DNA of 50,999 nucleotides. Source: Octopus sinensis. Taxonomy: Eukaryota. Below are positions 1 through 13,139 of the stretch, piece by piece; positions within the stretch are counted from its first letter, which is position 1, and each line of letters begins with the position of its first letter. The stretch is from NCBI RefSeq assembly GCF_006345805.1, contig NW_021834972.1, positions 1-50,999 of the forward strand, given 5' to 3'. A program made the translations under genes and the position numbers. The notes below the pieces were generated by a model that did no database searches, was not told where the DNA came from, and saw only the letters and a list, made by a program, of their open reading frames with translations.

Positions 1-65
1 AACAGTGGGGACTGACCCCGGAACCACGTGGTTGGGAAGCAAGCTTCTTACAATCATCTACGCCT
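1..65 (-). mobile_element. 5' head of tRNA-derived SINE family 1, cut by the window edge
   Basis: Matches the head of the full copies (reverse complement of ...accacatggttccgggttcagtcccactg...). Confidence 0.65.
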
Positions 66-75
66 TGCGCGCTAT

Positions 76-135
<60 letters not shown>

Positions 136-169
136 CATTATCATTAACTATATATATGTGTGTGTGTGA

Positions 170-2100
170 CCGCATGTGTTATAACACAAGTCAAACCCAA
201 AGGCTTTCATTATGCCAAAGAAACGGCCTCAGTACACTGCAAAATAGGTCCCCTCTTCCAAAAAGACGGCTCCCTCACAGATAACCCAACCAGGATCAGT
301 GAAGTATTGAATGACCAGTTCAAAAGTGTCTTTACTACCCCGATGGAACACAGATAAGTGAACGAACCACTGGATCTCTTTGCCGCCTCATCTACAACCA
401 GGGAGCCAGTTACGATAGATTTCATCGACATTGGGGAAAAAGATATAACACTAGCTAACACTAGCCATAGATGAGTTGGACACAAACTGAACTGCTTTCT
501 CTGAGGGTTTCCCAGCAATCCTCTTCAAATCGTGCAAACGCACCCTGGTAAAACGACTACAGATTTTCTTCCACAGTTTTCTTACGAATGGCAAGCTGCA
601 ATGCAAACTGAAGGAGGGAATATGCCTAATCCACAAAGGAGGAAGCAGAGTTGAAGCCAAAACCTAAAGGCCTATCTCTCTGACTTCACATATCAGCAAA
701 GTCAAGGAACGAATAGCCAGAGGGAAACTCATCACATTCCTTGAAGAAAACGACAAGCTGAGTGATATCCAGCATGGTTTTGGACCACGTAGGAGCCGCT
801 TGAACCAGCTCCTATAGCACTATGACTGGGCGTTGAAGCAGATATTCCACAACTCAAATGTGGAAGTAATATACCTTGATTTTGAAAAGGCTTTTGACGA
901 AGTTGATCATGGTGTGATATGCCACAAACTGCGAGATCCTTGAATTAGCTAGAAAACTTGGAGAATGGTTACATGTCTTTCTGAAAGGCAGAAGTCAGGC
1001 AGTCGTGGCCAATGGTGCTACCCCAAAGGAAACACAAATAGTAATTGGTGTTCCACATGGCACTGTCTTACCACGACTGCTTTTCATAGTGGCCCTCTCA
1101 GATAAGACATCAGCTTCCCTTGCTAGCAACACAGAAGACAAAAAGTCTCGCAGAAAGTACAAAACCCTAGCGCTGTTGCATACCTGCAGCAGGAGTTGGG
1201 CGCAATTTACCGACAGGCTGATGTCAATAGTATGCAGTTTGATGCTGGGAAATTCCAAGCCCTGCGCTACCAGCCCCCAATATTGAGCGAAAAACATACA
1301 AGGTACACTGACCCGAGGGGATTACAATCCCAGAACCTAAATCAGTGCAAGGTCTGGGTATCGACATGGGTGATGATACCTCTTTCAAAGTGCATATTAC
1401 CAAGATAGCAACAAAGTGCAGGCGGCTGGCTGGCTGGATCCTGAGAACCTTCAGAACCAAAGAGAAAGAAATCATGATGATCCTCTGGAGGATATTCGTC
1501 TTCAGTTGCCTGGATTATTGCTCCCAACTATGGTCAACCTACAGTGTAAAATTTAGAGCGGATCTTGAAGCAATTCATCGAATCTACACAAAAATGAACA
1601 TCCCACTGCAACAGCTCAGCTCCTGGGATAGACTGAAACAGCTAAAACTCTGGAGCGAAGGTGGGAGAGATATTAAGTATTATATATCTGGAAGTTGTGG
1701 GAAGAGATTGTACCAAATTTTGGCATTGAAAGCTACACAAAAAACAAGAAAGGGTCGCCACTGCACAGTGACAAAGATCCCAACACCGTTGTCGCGTTTC
1801 AAGACCAGTTATTGCAACAGCCTAGATTTAGGGGGCCCACAGCTTTTTAACATTCTCCCAAAGAGCCTGATGGATCAACACAAAGTGGATATAGGTGTTC
1901 TGAAAACAAAACTGGATCGGTTCCTGTCGAGAGTTCCAGATGATCTCACCACGCGGGAGGGAGCGCAAATGAGGGCAGCGACGTTAAACTCCCTCATTCA
2001 CCAAGTGCCACGTATCAGAGAAGGCTGTCAATAATAATAATGAAGCAAAACGGCGATGCCCCAGCATGGCCGCAGCTTTGAGCTGAAACCGATAAAAAAT
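170..2100 (+). mobile_element. Decayed, 5'-truncated CR1/L2-type (Jockey group) LINE; RT pseudogene with 3' UTR
   Basis: Frameshifted RT motifs: RPISLTSHISKV, QHGF, IYLDFEKAFDEVDHG, GVPHGTVLPRLLF, RTFRTKEKE..LDYCSQLWS. Stop at 2034, then a short 3' stem-loop tail. Confidence 0.9.
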
Positions 2101-2164
2101 ATACGAATAAAATACAAGCATGCATATATATATATGTATATGTATGTATACATATATATATATA

Positions 2165-2369
2165 AATGTGACCTCGTGTGTACCGTTGGCGATTTTTTTT
2201 CCCTCTGTTTTCTCTTCTCTGGATCTTTCCCTCTCCTATGTTTCCGATGAAGAGCTCCGCTCGAAAGGTTAAACCCTCCTTCTTTCCTTCTTTCCTGAGC
2301 GTCCAATAATACTATACTTGTCCCACCGTCTTCGCGTTGTTGTGTTTTTTTTTGTGCTTTCTTGTTTGG

Positions 2370-2375
<6 letters not shown>
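2165..2375 (+). mobile_element. Short interspersed element with a hammerhead-like core (Penelope-related); further copies at 31920-32020 and 32220-32390 in opposite orientation
   Basis: GTTT-CCGATGA-A-GAGC(tcc)GCTC-GAAAGGTT-AAAC at 2240-2274; homolog on the minus strand at 32322-32356 has GAAACGTT. Confidence 0.55.
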
Positions 2376-2413
<38 letters not shown>

Positions 2414-2475
2414 TACATACACACATATATATAAATATGTATATATATATACATATTATATATATATATATATAT

Positions 2476-2534
<59 letters not shown>

Positions 2535-2933
2535 GAATACAAGATCGATAAATATGAGTCCTGGAAAGCCATTATAAGGTATCAAAAGCATTTATTCATT
2601 GGAGTAATTACTTCATTTCATTGTTTCATTTAAAACATCAACACTTCTAACAATTTACAAGGGGAATAAAAAAATATATTATATGAAATATATTTATGTG
2701 TAATATTTTTATATAGACACGTATATGTAAATATATATGTGTATATATACATATATACATTTATATTTATATCTAAGTATTTGATTATGTATATGTATTT
2801 ATACGTATTTATATTTTATATACAAAACGACAGACACATTCACGCATACTCTCACATTATTCTCATATATACACACAACACATACACACATATATTATAA
2901 CATATATACATACATTATATATATATATATATA

Positions 2934-3031
<98 letters not shown>

Positions 3032-3336
3032 TATATATATATTCGCCATGCTGAACCGCTGAAATCTACACGACTTTTTCATTCTCTCTTTGTTTATTTT
3101 CTCATTCCTTTCTGTTGAAGAGCGTAGGTCGAAATGTAAAAGACTTTTCATTTCCCAGGCGTCAAACTAATACACTTACTTGTTCATACACCTAGCTTCG
3201 TGTTTTTTGTTTTCAACTATATATACATACATATATATTATATTTATATGTATATATACATTATATATATACATGCATATATATACATAATATATATCTT
3301 ACATACACACTCACACACACACACACACCCACACAC

Positions 3337-3386
<50 letters not shown>

Positions 3387-4504
3387 ATATATGTATATAT
3401 ATATTTGTGTGTATAATATATATGCACATATATGCACGAATAATTTAATGAGAACTCAATAAAGTAATATATTCTGTTTTAGTTCCTCCGCCTTTACAAC
3501 CCGTAACACTATATGTGTGTATGAGTGCGTATGTATGCCTCTTTGTGTGTGTTTACTTTTGTTGTGCGCGTGTGTATGTATACTTTAACTAATGATTAGC
3601 TTTATGTTATTCATAGTGTCTCGCCAGGTACGATTCTTCAGGCAACATGACTTTTCTGAAGAAAATCGCAACTGTTTGAGTTGATACATCAGTAGGGAGC
3701 AGTGTGTGGATATATCTCGATACCCCTATCATTAGACTAAACACCAATAACTTATACTTGCAACACAGAGAAGTCTCTGATACAGGTACACAGAGTTTAG
3801 CCAGTTACGCTAAACTAGGATGATGGTGTGATCAGTAAGTGAGTCAGTCGCGGTTATATTTCGATAAACATAAATGAGCTCTATTCTTATGGAGACCAGA
3901 AACAAGAGGAGTGTACATATAAGTGAAGTAGATTAATCTTGGAATCGAAAGCGTGTCGCCGAATAAGCGAAAATGTATCTTAACCGTTGCTGGATGGTCC
4001 TCATAATACAAGTTTATTTAAATAATTTTGTTGAATAGTTGTTATGTTTTGTTTTGTGCTAAATCCAAATTAATCCTTATAGAGTTCACCTATGATCAAA
4101 GGCATTCCAGCCGTGAGCATCCAGCATATTTTCTATGTGCAAGGAACCTTGGTCAGCAATGAATAGTCTTCGGATCCCCTTTCAAAGGCGCTAGGCTGGA
4201 TGTGAATGGAGGCTAGTAAGACTATTATTTCTAGCAAGTCAGGCGAACAAGTACAGTCCCCTACGTTCACTTTATTTGGTGAAGTTCAATGGTTCTATAG
4301 ATAATTAAGAGGAAACCCCTAAGATATCCGGTCCCTATTTACATACCACTGAGGTGGAATAACATTTTACACTAAACCTGATACAGTCTACTCAGAACGT
4401 AGAAAGGAAAATAATTGACTACTGTAACGGATATAGCACGGTGCTCTACCATTTTTTCTCTTTTTTTTTTCCTGAGGCCGGTATCCGATTTCCATGGTGT
4501 ATAA

Positions 4505-4825
4505 GCGAGTGAGATCACTGCAATCTCCTAGTCGATTCACATCGAATCCAGTACATTACTGGTACTTTATTTCATCGATCTCGTAGGGATGAAAAGCAAA
4601 GTCGATCTCGGCGGCATTTGAAGCCAGAACATAAAGAAAATGTCCAAAGAAATGCTGTTATACATTTCTGTGTGCGATATTAACAATCCTGTCTATTCAT
4701 CGTCTTACTTAAGACACAAGGCCTGAAATTTTAGGGGACGGGCCTAATCGATTACGTCGACCCCAGTATTTCACTGGTACTTAATTGATCGACCCCGAAA
4801 GGAGGAAAGGCAAAATCGACCACAC
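4505..4825 (-). mobile_element. Two degenerate SINE family 3 copies
   Basis: gtcgat..catcgaa..cag..ctggtac...gatcgacccc gaaaggatgaaaggcaaagtcga-like blocks. Confidence 0.6.
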
Positions 4826-5263
4826 CGTCTAAAATAATAACTAAAATATCTATTTACCCGGACTAAGATACAGAACCACGTTTATACGGGTGGCTGATAG
4901 AAGAGGCTGATTGATTGACATGCCATATATGAACGAGAAAGTGTTACTTTAAATTCGGAAAAAAAACCTTGGTCATGGAAATACGTCCAAAGGAGTTGAT
5001 TAATTAACTTGTTATTTTAATTAGAAATCCCATTTTTCCCAACTCTTTTCTTTGTTCGTAAGTTTGGTATAATTATGTTTATACGTGCATATATAATAAA
5101 AACACATACACACTCACACACACAATACATATATCTCTACATGTATTTATATGTACACAAATTATAGATATGCATGAATATTATATATATATATATATAT
5201 ATCTATGTATATATATATATGTATATATATAATAATATATATATATATATATTATATTATATA

Positions 5264-5298
<35 letters not shown>

Positions 5299-5301
5299 AA
5301 T

Positions 5302-5334
<33 letters not shown>

Positions 5335-5455
5335 TATATAATATTAATAATATAAGGGTAAATAATTATCAATTTTAAAAATTAATAATTATTACCGAGC
5401 AGTTTCGGTATGGAAATATAACCATTATCGGTAGGAACTTTTACAAAAAGTTCTT

Positions 5456-5489
<34 letters not shown>

Positions 5490-6857
5490 TAAATCTATAG
5501 ATATATATAAATATTATATATAAATATATAGTTTATATAATTATTATATATAAATGTATATATATATATATATATAAATATATATATATGCATTGTTTAT
5601 TAGTTTCATCAGAATTCATTAATAAAATAGAAAAACTCAATTAAGCAATTACAATTACAATAATTAATTGTCAAACATAAATAATAGTAAAAAAAATCAA
5701 ATTATTGATTTTGCACACAATTATATCGTTAGCTGTTAAAAACATATATATATTTCTCTGCATGTGTGTGAGTGTGTGTGTGCGTGTGTGTGAAAGAAAA
5801 AGAGAGAAAGGGGGAGGGAGAGAGAGAGTATGTATGTATTAACGGCTGTGTTTACATAAACAAAAACATAAACAAAAACACAAAATACAAGAGGTCCATT
5901 TGCATGGGGCACGAAATAATTAGCTACTTCTTCCCGGAGAACCCGTGTTACCTATTAATTACCGAAGGACTTTGGGAGCAAATTTAGTTCGATTTTCTTA
6001 AATTAAGTACGATAAAACGATAAATAATACTGTTATATTATTCATTTGCTTGCTTTTCTCCGTTTTTCCTTCCGATTTCTGGGTCGTTTTCATTCTTTTC
6101 TTCTTTTGACAAGATTTAATTAACGATGAATTTTATGCATAAAGACACAAAATTAAAATTTACATGAAGGATTCTACATTGAAAGCAGGCAATGTAGAGC
6201 ATGTGCGTGCGTGTGTGTGTGTGTGTGTGTTTGTGTGAGTGTATGTGTGTGTGCGTGCATGTGTATGTATATGTGTGTGTATGTGTGTGTATGCATGTGT
6301 ATGTGTGTGTTTTGAGGAGTTCTTTTGCTGAAGGTCTCTATCAATTCTGTCAGCGTTTTCTCTGTTTGAAGCAGATCGAGAAAAGTTGCAGTATTTGGTT
6401 AAATGAATCGCATATCTTAACTCCTTGTTGTATTTTTTTTCTATCCTTTCAGTGCGTCTCAAATACTAAGCTCAGGCTGGAGCATTTATTTGTGCGTTGA
6501 ATGTTTACTGTCTTTCATTTCGTCTTTAGATTTTCTATCGTTTCTGTGTACATCTAAAAGAGAATACATTTTTACGATTTTTATAACTTGACTTAGACGT
6601 TAGAGAGCGACCGTGCAGGGACACTACTCTGAAAGGGTTTTGGCCGAGCAAAACGAACGCAGTACTTGCGTTCCACGTTTTCTGGGTTTTTTTTTTCCTT
6701 AATTCTGATACTTATTGTATCAATTTCATTTTTTGGACAGCCGGTTTACAGGAGGCCTAAAGAAACCAACACCGGTTGTCAGGCATTATAGTGAAGTGAT
6801 AACACAGAAAGAGGACAAACGCAGAAAGACATACGTAAAGACAGATATAAAATTTCA

Positions 6858-6861
<4 letters not shown>

Positions 6862-6940
<79 letters not shown>
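6862..6940. repeat. (GT)n microsatellite
   Basis: Perfect dinucleotide run. Confidence 0.98.
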
Positions 6941-6941
<1 letters not shown>

Positions 6942-7167
6942 GGGGTGTGTGCATATGATATGTGTATATACAAAAACAGGTGAACTGATACAGAAATAGA
7001 TATGCATACGCATACGTTTACTTATATAATATTATACATGCATGTAAACATATCTATGTATATACACATATATATATATACACACACATATATATACATA
7101 TAAATGTACATAAATACATTATATATATATATATATACATACGCATATATATATTAAATATATATGT

Positions 7168-7233
<66 letters not shown>

Positions 7234-7237
<4 letters not shown>

Positions 7238-7341
7238 CAAAATGGGACAAGAATGCAAAACATCCGGACAACTAAGTGATAAAAAAGGGACAACAACATC
7301 TAGTTGTCCGGATGTTTTGCGTTCTTGTCCCATTTTGTATT
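7234..7341. repeat. Small inverted repeat (41-nt arms) embedded in (TA)n
   Basis: aatacaaaatgggacaagaatgcaaaacatccggacaacta / tagttgtccggatgttttgcgttcttgtcccattttgtatt. Confidence 0.9.
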
Positions 7342-7463
7342 TTATATATATATATATATATTTATTATATATATATATAAATATTACATATGTATATATA
7401 TACATATATATGTATATATATATATGTATATATGTATATATGTATAGTTATATAATATATATG

Positions 7464-7533
<70 letters not shown>

Positions 7534-7557
7534 TATAATACATTATATATATATATG

Positions 7558-7617
<60 letters not shown>

Positions 7618-8147
7618 TATATAATATATATATATATATTATATATATAATATATATATATATATACATACATATGTGATCATGAAGATTGTCAGTAATG
7701 AGTTTCGCTGCATGGCTCTTCCACATCATGTATATACTTCTACATAGGTTTTACTGTAAAATATACACTCATATATGTTAAACATCCATGGCATTACTAT
7801 ATATACACACGTATACATGAATGCACGGCTGCATATATGTACGTACTTTATGTATAAGCGCAGTATAATTTGCGTGAGTGAGTTTATGCTAAATACCGTT
7901 CGTTTTTCTTGTTTGTCTGTTATTGGTTTTGTTTTGCTTTGTTTTTTGCTTTTGTTGTTTTTTTTTTGGGGGGGGGTGTAGTTCATACCAAAGGTTTCTT
8001 CTTTTACGGAGAGAATTATTGTCGCAGTTTGTGGATGATTATGAAAAATGATTATGATAATGTCGATTAGAAGAAGGGAGAACGTTGGATTAGGAATAGA
8101 AGAAGCTTGTTATGAGTTCGGTTAAGGTTCTTCGTTGTTTCTATTCC

Positions 8148-9125
8148 TTAAAGTCTGATAGAATCATACACAGGGTTAGTGGCTCCCCATGAATCTCTTT
8201 GTGAGTCATCTAGAAGCGGTGCATAAGCTATTTCATTGTTTTGTGGCAAAGGACTCTGCTGCGGCGATTCTTCATCTGTCGCTTGATCAGTATCTTCTTG
8301 GCCAAGTTGACTGCCATCGTTGTCAGCAACAACCCACGTCATTTCTTCATCATTTGGTTTATCTGAAGAATCGGAATGGTTATCGTCGTCATCGTTGTTG
8401 CCATCATTGTCAATATGGTCGACGTATGAAAGACCATCCGTCTGGTTATCGTCTTGGCCATCGCTGTCAGGTTTCAACAAATTGTCGTCATCAGCAAAAC
8501 TGACGCTATTATTCTTGCCTAAATCAGCAAATGTCATGGTTACTGGAACTTCTAAAGATTGTTGAGATGCTACATCTGTGTTTGCATCCGTATCTTCCTG
8601 AGTAGGAACGCTTTCCAAGGGATCAGGAGATGCCACCTCTGTGTTGTCAGGGATTCCCTCCATATCTTCCAGAGTAGGAACACTTTCCAAGTTGTCATAT
8701 ACTATAGTATGGATTGGAGGCTCTTCAGCTGGTAAAGAATCTCCAGCTGCGTTGTCGGGAATTCTTGGCTTAAGACTAGTATACAGGTTTTCATTTTCTA
8801 TTTTTTCAACAACGTCGCTTTTCAGGGGAGGCACCTGCGACTCACTGTCGTAGTCTTCTTTTGGAAGATCACCGCTCTCTAGTAAGCCTGATAAATTTGC
8901 AGCATTGTTTTCAATGCCGTTCATCTTGGAAGAATTCTTCGAAAGATTGTCGTACTCTGCGATGGCTGACGGCTTCGTCGCTAAGTTCGCCTCACTATCA
9001 CCGTCGTCGTTATCTCTTTGCTTTCGCCACCAACAATAACCCAAAATTATTACTACTATCAAAATTATTATTATGAACAGCAACACTCCGACGGCACCGA
9101 AAAACTCGCCATTTGAATAGGGATT
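8148..9125 (-). CDS. Terminal exon 2: transmembrane helix plus ~290-aa acidic cytoplasmic tail (325 aa)
   Basis: The 312-aa ORF extends in frame up to acceptor ttttttttctatatttttcag|AAT (phase 0). Starts NPYSNGEFFGAVGVLLFIIIILIVVIILGYCWWRKQR. Tail has IVYDNL and IAYAPL and ends NPVYDSIRL-stop. Confidence 0.85.
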   Translation of the reverse strand, partial: NPYSNGEFFGAVGVLLFIIIILIVVIILGYCWWRKQRDNDDGDSEANLATKPSAIAEYDNLSKNSSKMNGIENNAANLSGLLESGDLPKEDYDSESQVPPLKSDVVEKIENENLYTSLKPRIPDNAAGDSLPAEEPPIHTIVYDNLESVPTLEDMEGIPDNTEVASPDPLESVPTQEDTDANTDVASQQSLEVPVTMTFADLGKNNSVSFADDDNLLKPDSDGQDDNQTDGLSYVDHIDNDGNNDDDDNHSDSSDKPNDEEMTWVVADNDGSQLGQEDTDQATDEESPQQSPLPQNNEIAYAPLLDDSQRDSWGATNPVYDSIRL

Positions 9126-9196
9126 CTGAAAAATATAGAAAAAAATTAATTAATAATTAGCAGTGGAGTAGCAACAGCAATATAGTGGTGAAAATA

Positions 9197-9216
9197 GTAG
9201 TAGTAGTAGTAGTAGC

Positions 9217-9293
<77 letters not shown>

Positions 9294-9305
9294 CAGCAGC
9301 AGCAG
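9197..9305. repeat. (TAG)n-(CAG)n microsatellite in the intron just upstream of terminal exon 2
   Basis: Directly visible. Confidence 0.95.
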
Positions 9306-9428
9306 TCATTGCTGCTGCTGTAGTAGAGATTTGCGCATATTTAAGTGACTGTACTGCATACTGCATACATACATACATATATATGTATGTATATACACAC
9401 ACACATATACATTCTGTATACATATATA

Positions 9429-9584
9429 GGTAAAGCAGTGGCTGTGTGGTAAGTAGTTTTGCTTACCAACCACATGGTTCCGGGTTTATTCCCACTGCGC
9501 GGCACCTTGGGCAAGTGTCTTCTACTCGGGCCGACCAAAGCCTTGTGAGTGCATTTGGTAAACGGGAACTGAAAGAAGCTTGTC

Positions 9585-9646
<62 letters not shown>

Positions 9647-9877
9647 GTGTGTGTATATGTTTGTGTGTCTGTGTTTCTCCCTTCAACATAACTTGACAAC
9701 CGATGCTGGTGTCTTTCCGTCCCCGTAACTTAGCGGCTCGGCAAAACAGACCGATAGAATGAGTACTAGGCTTACAAAGAATAAGTCCTGGGGTCGATTT
9801 GCTCGACTAAAGGCGGTGCTCCAGCATGGGCACACTCAAATGACTGAAACAAGTAAAAGAGTAAAGGGTAAAGAGTA
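9429..9877 (+). mobile_element. tRNA-derived SINE family 1, full length
   Basis: A/B-box-like head (tggctgtgtggt...ggtttattccc), internal (TA)/(TG) tract, tail ggcggtgctccagcatgg..caaatgactgaaac(aagtaaaagag)n. Confidence 0.9.
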
Positions 9878-9991
9878 TATGTATCAATTATACGTGCGTG
9901 TGGTGGGGGTGTTTCTCTGTATGTATGTACGAGCATCCGTGTTTGTGTATCTGTAGAGGATGCACTGATCTTATCTATCTATATTCGATAT

Positions 9992-10328
9992 GGATGGAAG
10001 CACTCCGTCGGTTACGACGACGAGGGTTCCGGTTGATCCGAATCAACGGAACAGCCTGCTCGTGAAATTAACGTGTAAGTGGCTGAGCACTCCACAGACA
10101 CGTGCACCCTTAACGTAGTTCTCGGGGATATTCAGCGTGTCACAGAGAGTGACAAGGCCGGAAGAAAGAGTGAGAGAAAGTTGTGGTGAAAGAGTACAGC
10201 AGGGATCACCACCATCCCCTGCCGGAGCCTCGTGGAGCTTTTGGGTGTTTTCGCTCAATAAACACTCACGGTCTGGGAATCGAAACCGCGAGTCCGCTGC
10301 CCTAACCACTGGGCCATTGCGCCTCCAC
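9992..10328 (-). mobile_element. tRNA-derived SINE family 2 with 11-bp target-site duplication
   Basis: Head gtggaggcgcaatggcccagtgg...gtttcgattccc; TSD atattcgatat at 9981-9991 and 10329-10339. Confidence 0.9.
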
Positions 10329-10945
10329 ATATTCGATATAAAGATCCCAGTTAATTATTTCAGAAATGAGTACGGATCATCGAGGTAAAAATCGTGTTAG
10401 TCTTTTTTAGACCTCCGATCATTTGCTGGCGTAAGTTCTTAGTCTGCCTCGTTGAACATATATAACAAACTACTACAAAATAAGTTACCACAATATGAAA
10501 CAAAGGATAGCATGCAGCATGCTATGCAACGGCGGTACATAAGTGTACACTTATATCAAGCAATATGTTCCGTTGCGTGTGCGATACGTGGGTTATGGGT
10601 TAGTCGTGTTTTGTGATTTTTTTAAATATTCTTTCGTCAGTTCTAGTTTCACTTTCAAATGTTGTGCTCAATGAATGATTTGTGCAACATAAAACTTAGC
10701 CGCAATGGACCACACACACACACACACACACACGCGTATGTGTGTGTGTATGTGCATGTATATATATATATATATTATTTTATAGAAGGAGCTTCTACAG
10801 GACTAGAACTGTTTCATTCAGAGCTTCCTGAAGCTCCTTCTATAAAATAAATTACTTTACTCTGCTATGTATTGAGTACCTTATTTACTGTGGTTAACCC
10901 CGACTCTACCCGGGACCTACATATATATATATATTATATATATAT

Positions 10946-10978
<33 letters not shown>

Positions 10979-11182
10979 GTATACACCCTTTCACAACTAA
11001 GTGATATGTTGCACACATCATATAATGTATACATGTTGCAAATGTGAAGCTGCTGTGATACATATTATTAAGGCTTTTCGGTGCAATTTTTAAACAAAAA
11101 GGTTTTAATTGTCTAAATTGACATGTAGGATTAGGTGGCGAGAAAGTGAGTGAAGGAGAGAGAGAGACCAATATACATCGGC

Positions 11183-11479
<297 letters not shown>

Positions 11480-11659
11480 GCACAGGCATACAGGCAGATA
11501 GACAGAGAATGAGACAGGTTAAAAAATAGATGTCGGTGGTACGTGAGGAAGTCAAAGACATGCATTTTCCTACATTTATGATGGTGGTCCACTGACGACT
11601 GTAACCGCACTTGAGAAACAGTCAATGGATTTAGTCGGTGAAATTCTGCCATATATATA

Positions 11660-12148
11660 TTAAGGGCATTACTACACATAAATGCCTCACGCTTTTAGGG
11701 GCTCTTAAAGTCAAAACTACTATAATAAACACCTTTTACCAAACGCGAGTGAATGCAACTCTCGAAGCGAGCATCTTAAAACACAGATACGGGATACATT
11801 TGGTGTTCGTCTGGTATGTTGGGTTTTTTTTTCATTTTTTTAATGTGTCTTGATTATGCTGCACTGACGATTAAAAAGTGAATTTTGTGCACTAATTATA
11901 AAATCATACGATCTGCGGCTGAATCTGTTTTTAAGATGCTCGCTTCGAGAGAGGCATTCCCTCGCCATCGGTAAAATATGTTTATTATGATAGTTTTAAC
12001 TTTAAGAGTCCCTCGTAGCGTGAGGCATTTATGTATAGCAGTGCCCTTAATGTAAATAAATATATTTTTAAAGGGAATAATTAATAATTTTTCCCTTATA
12101 AGGTTTTTCACGCTGATTACTTAATAAATTCTTATAAAGATTTTATCC
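11660..12148. mobile_element. Foldback element with ~130-nt inverted arms plus a one-sided ~100-nt extension; shorter copy at 34638-34871
   Basis: ttaagggcatt...gtgcccttaa arms (11660-11790 / 11923-12050). The 12051-12148 flank is homologous to 34638-34730 in reverse. Confidence 0.7.
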
Positions 12149-12666
12149 TATATCAAAATTTCATATGTATATATATATATATATATACAGTGTTTTGTGC
12201 ATCATGCTTGTTTTGTCATTCTTCTATTTTGCTGTCTACCAGTGCTAATATTTGGTGAACTTCAGTGAACTTTGGAAGAATTTTGGTGAAGTTTAAGGCG
12301 GTGAAAATATAATTGAAAAGGATCATACTCGTTTCGTTTCGTCATTTTGCTTCAGGGGTCTCTCACAGGTTCACGTAGTTTCCTTTTCGGCCTCGCAATA
12401 AATAGCAGATTTATTTATATTTTTTTTTTATGCGTATTGGTTTCTTTAAGAATTTGCAGATACATTACCAGAATTTTGGAAATGATATTATATAATTACA
12501 AGCAAAATACTCTGGCTGTGTGTATATATACGTGCATATGTATATATATATGTATATATATATATATATATATATAACTTGTATATAATATATAATGTAT
12601 AATAATATATATATACTAGATATATGTGTGTATACATACATATATGCACACACACATATGTATATG

Positions 12667-12701
<35 letters not shown>

Positions 12702-12716
12702 TTATATATATATATA

Positions 12717-12792
<76 letters not shown>

Positions 12793-13139
12793 TGCATGTA
12801 TGTATATATATATGTATATATAAAAATGTGGATTATGAACACAAATATGCGTAATGTTAACGGTTTCATTCTCGTTTCTTGTTGGGTTTTTTTTTCTGGA
12901 GTGTTTTCTTTTTTGGTGGGGGGCGGATTTTCATCCTTCCGTTTTCATTGTTCCTCTTCTCTGAATTAATATGTGCAGATATAGGATCAAAAGAGCGCGG
13001 AATGTCTTCAAAAGTATCACATATGGTATCGGCAGATTCATAGGCCGTAACAATAGCAATAATTACAACCACCTGAAGTATTCCATAGATTAATTGTCAC
13101 CTTGATTACTAAAGCCTTCTTGCAGACAGGATCAATAGG

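Noticed and set aside
9157-9423. Poly-Thr ORF just upstream of terminal exon 2, as a possible extra mucin stalk
   Set aside because: It stops at 9157, before the acceptor at 9126, and has no convincing splice sites. Its resemblance to tracts in the long tail is expected for triplet repeats.
12866-13072. Protein-like 68-aa ORF after a cag between the two terminal exons
   Set aside because: No donor, no homology recognised, and it runs into simple sequence; cannot be supported as a first or internal exon.
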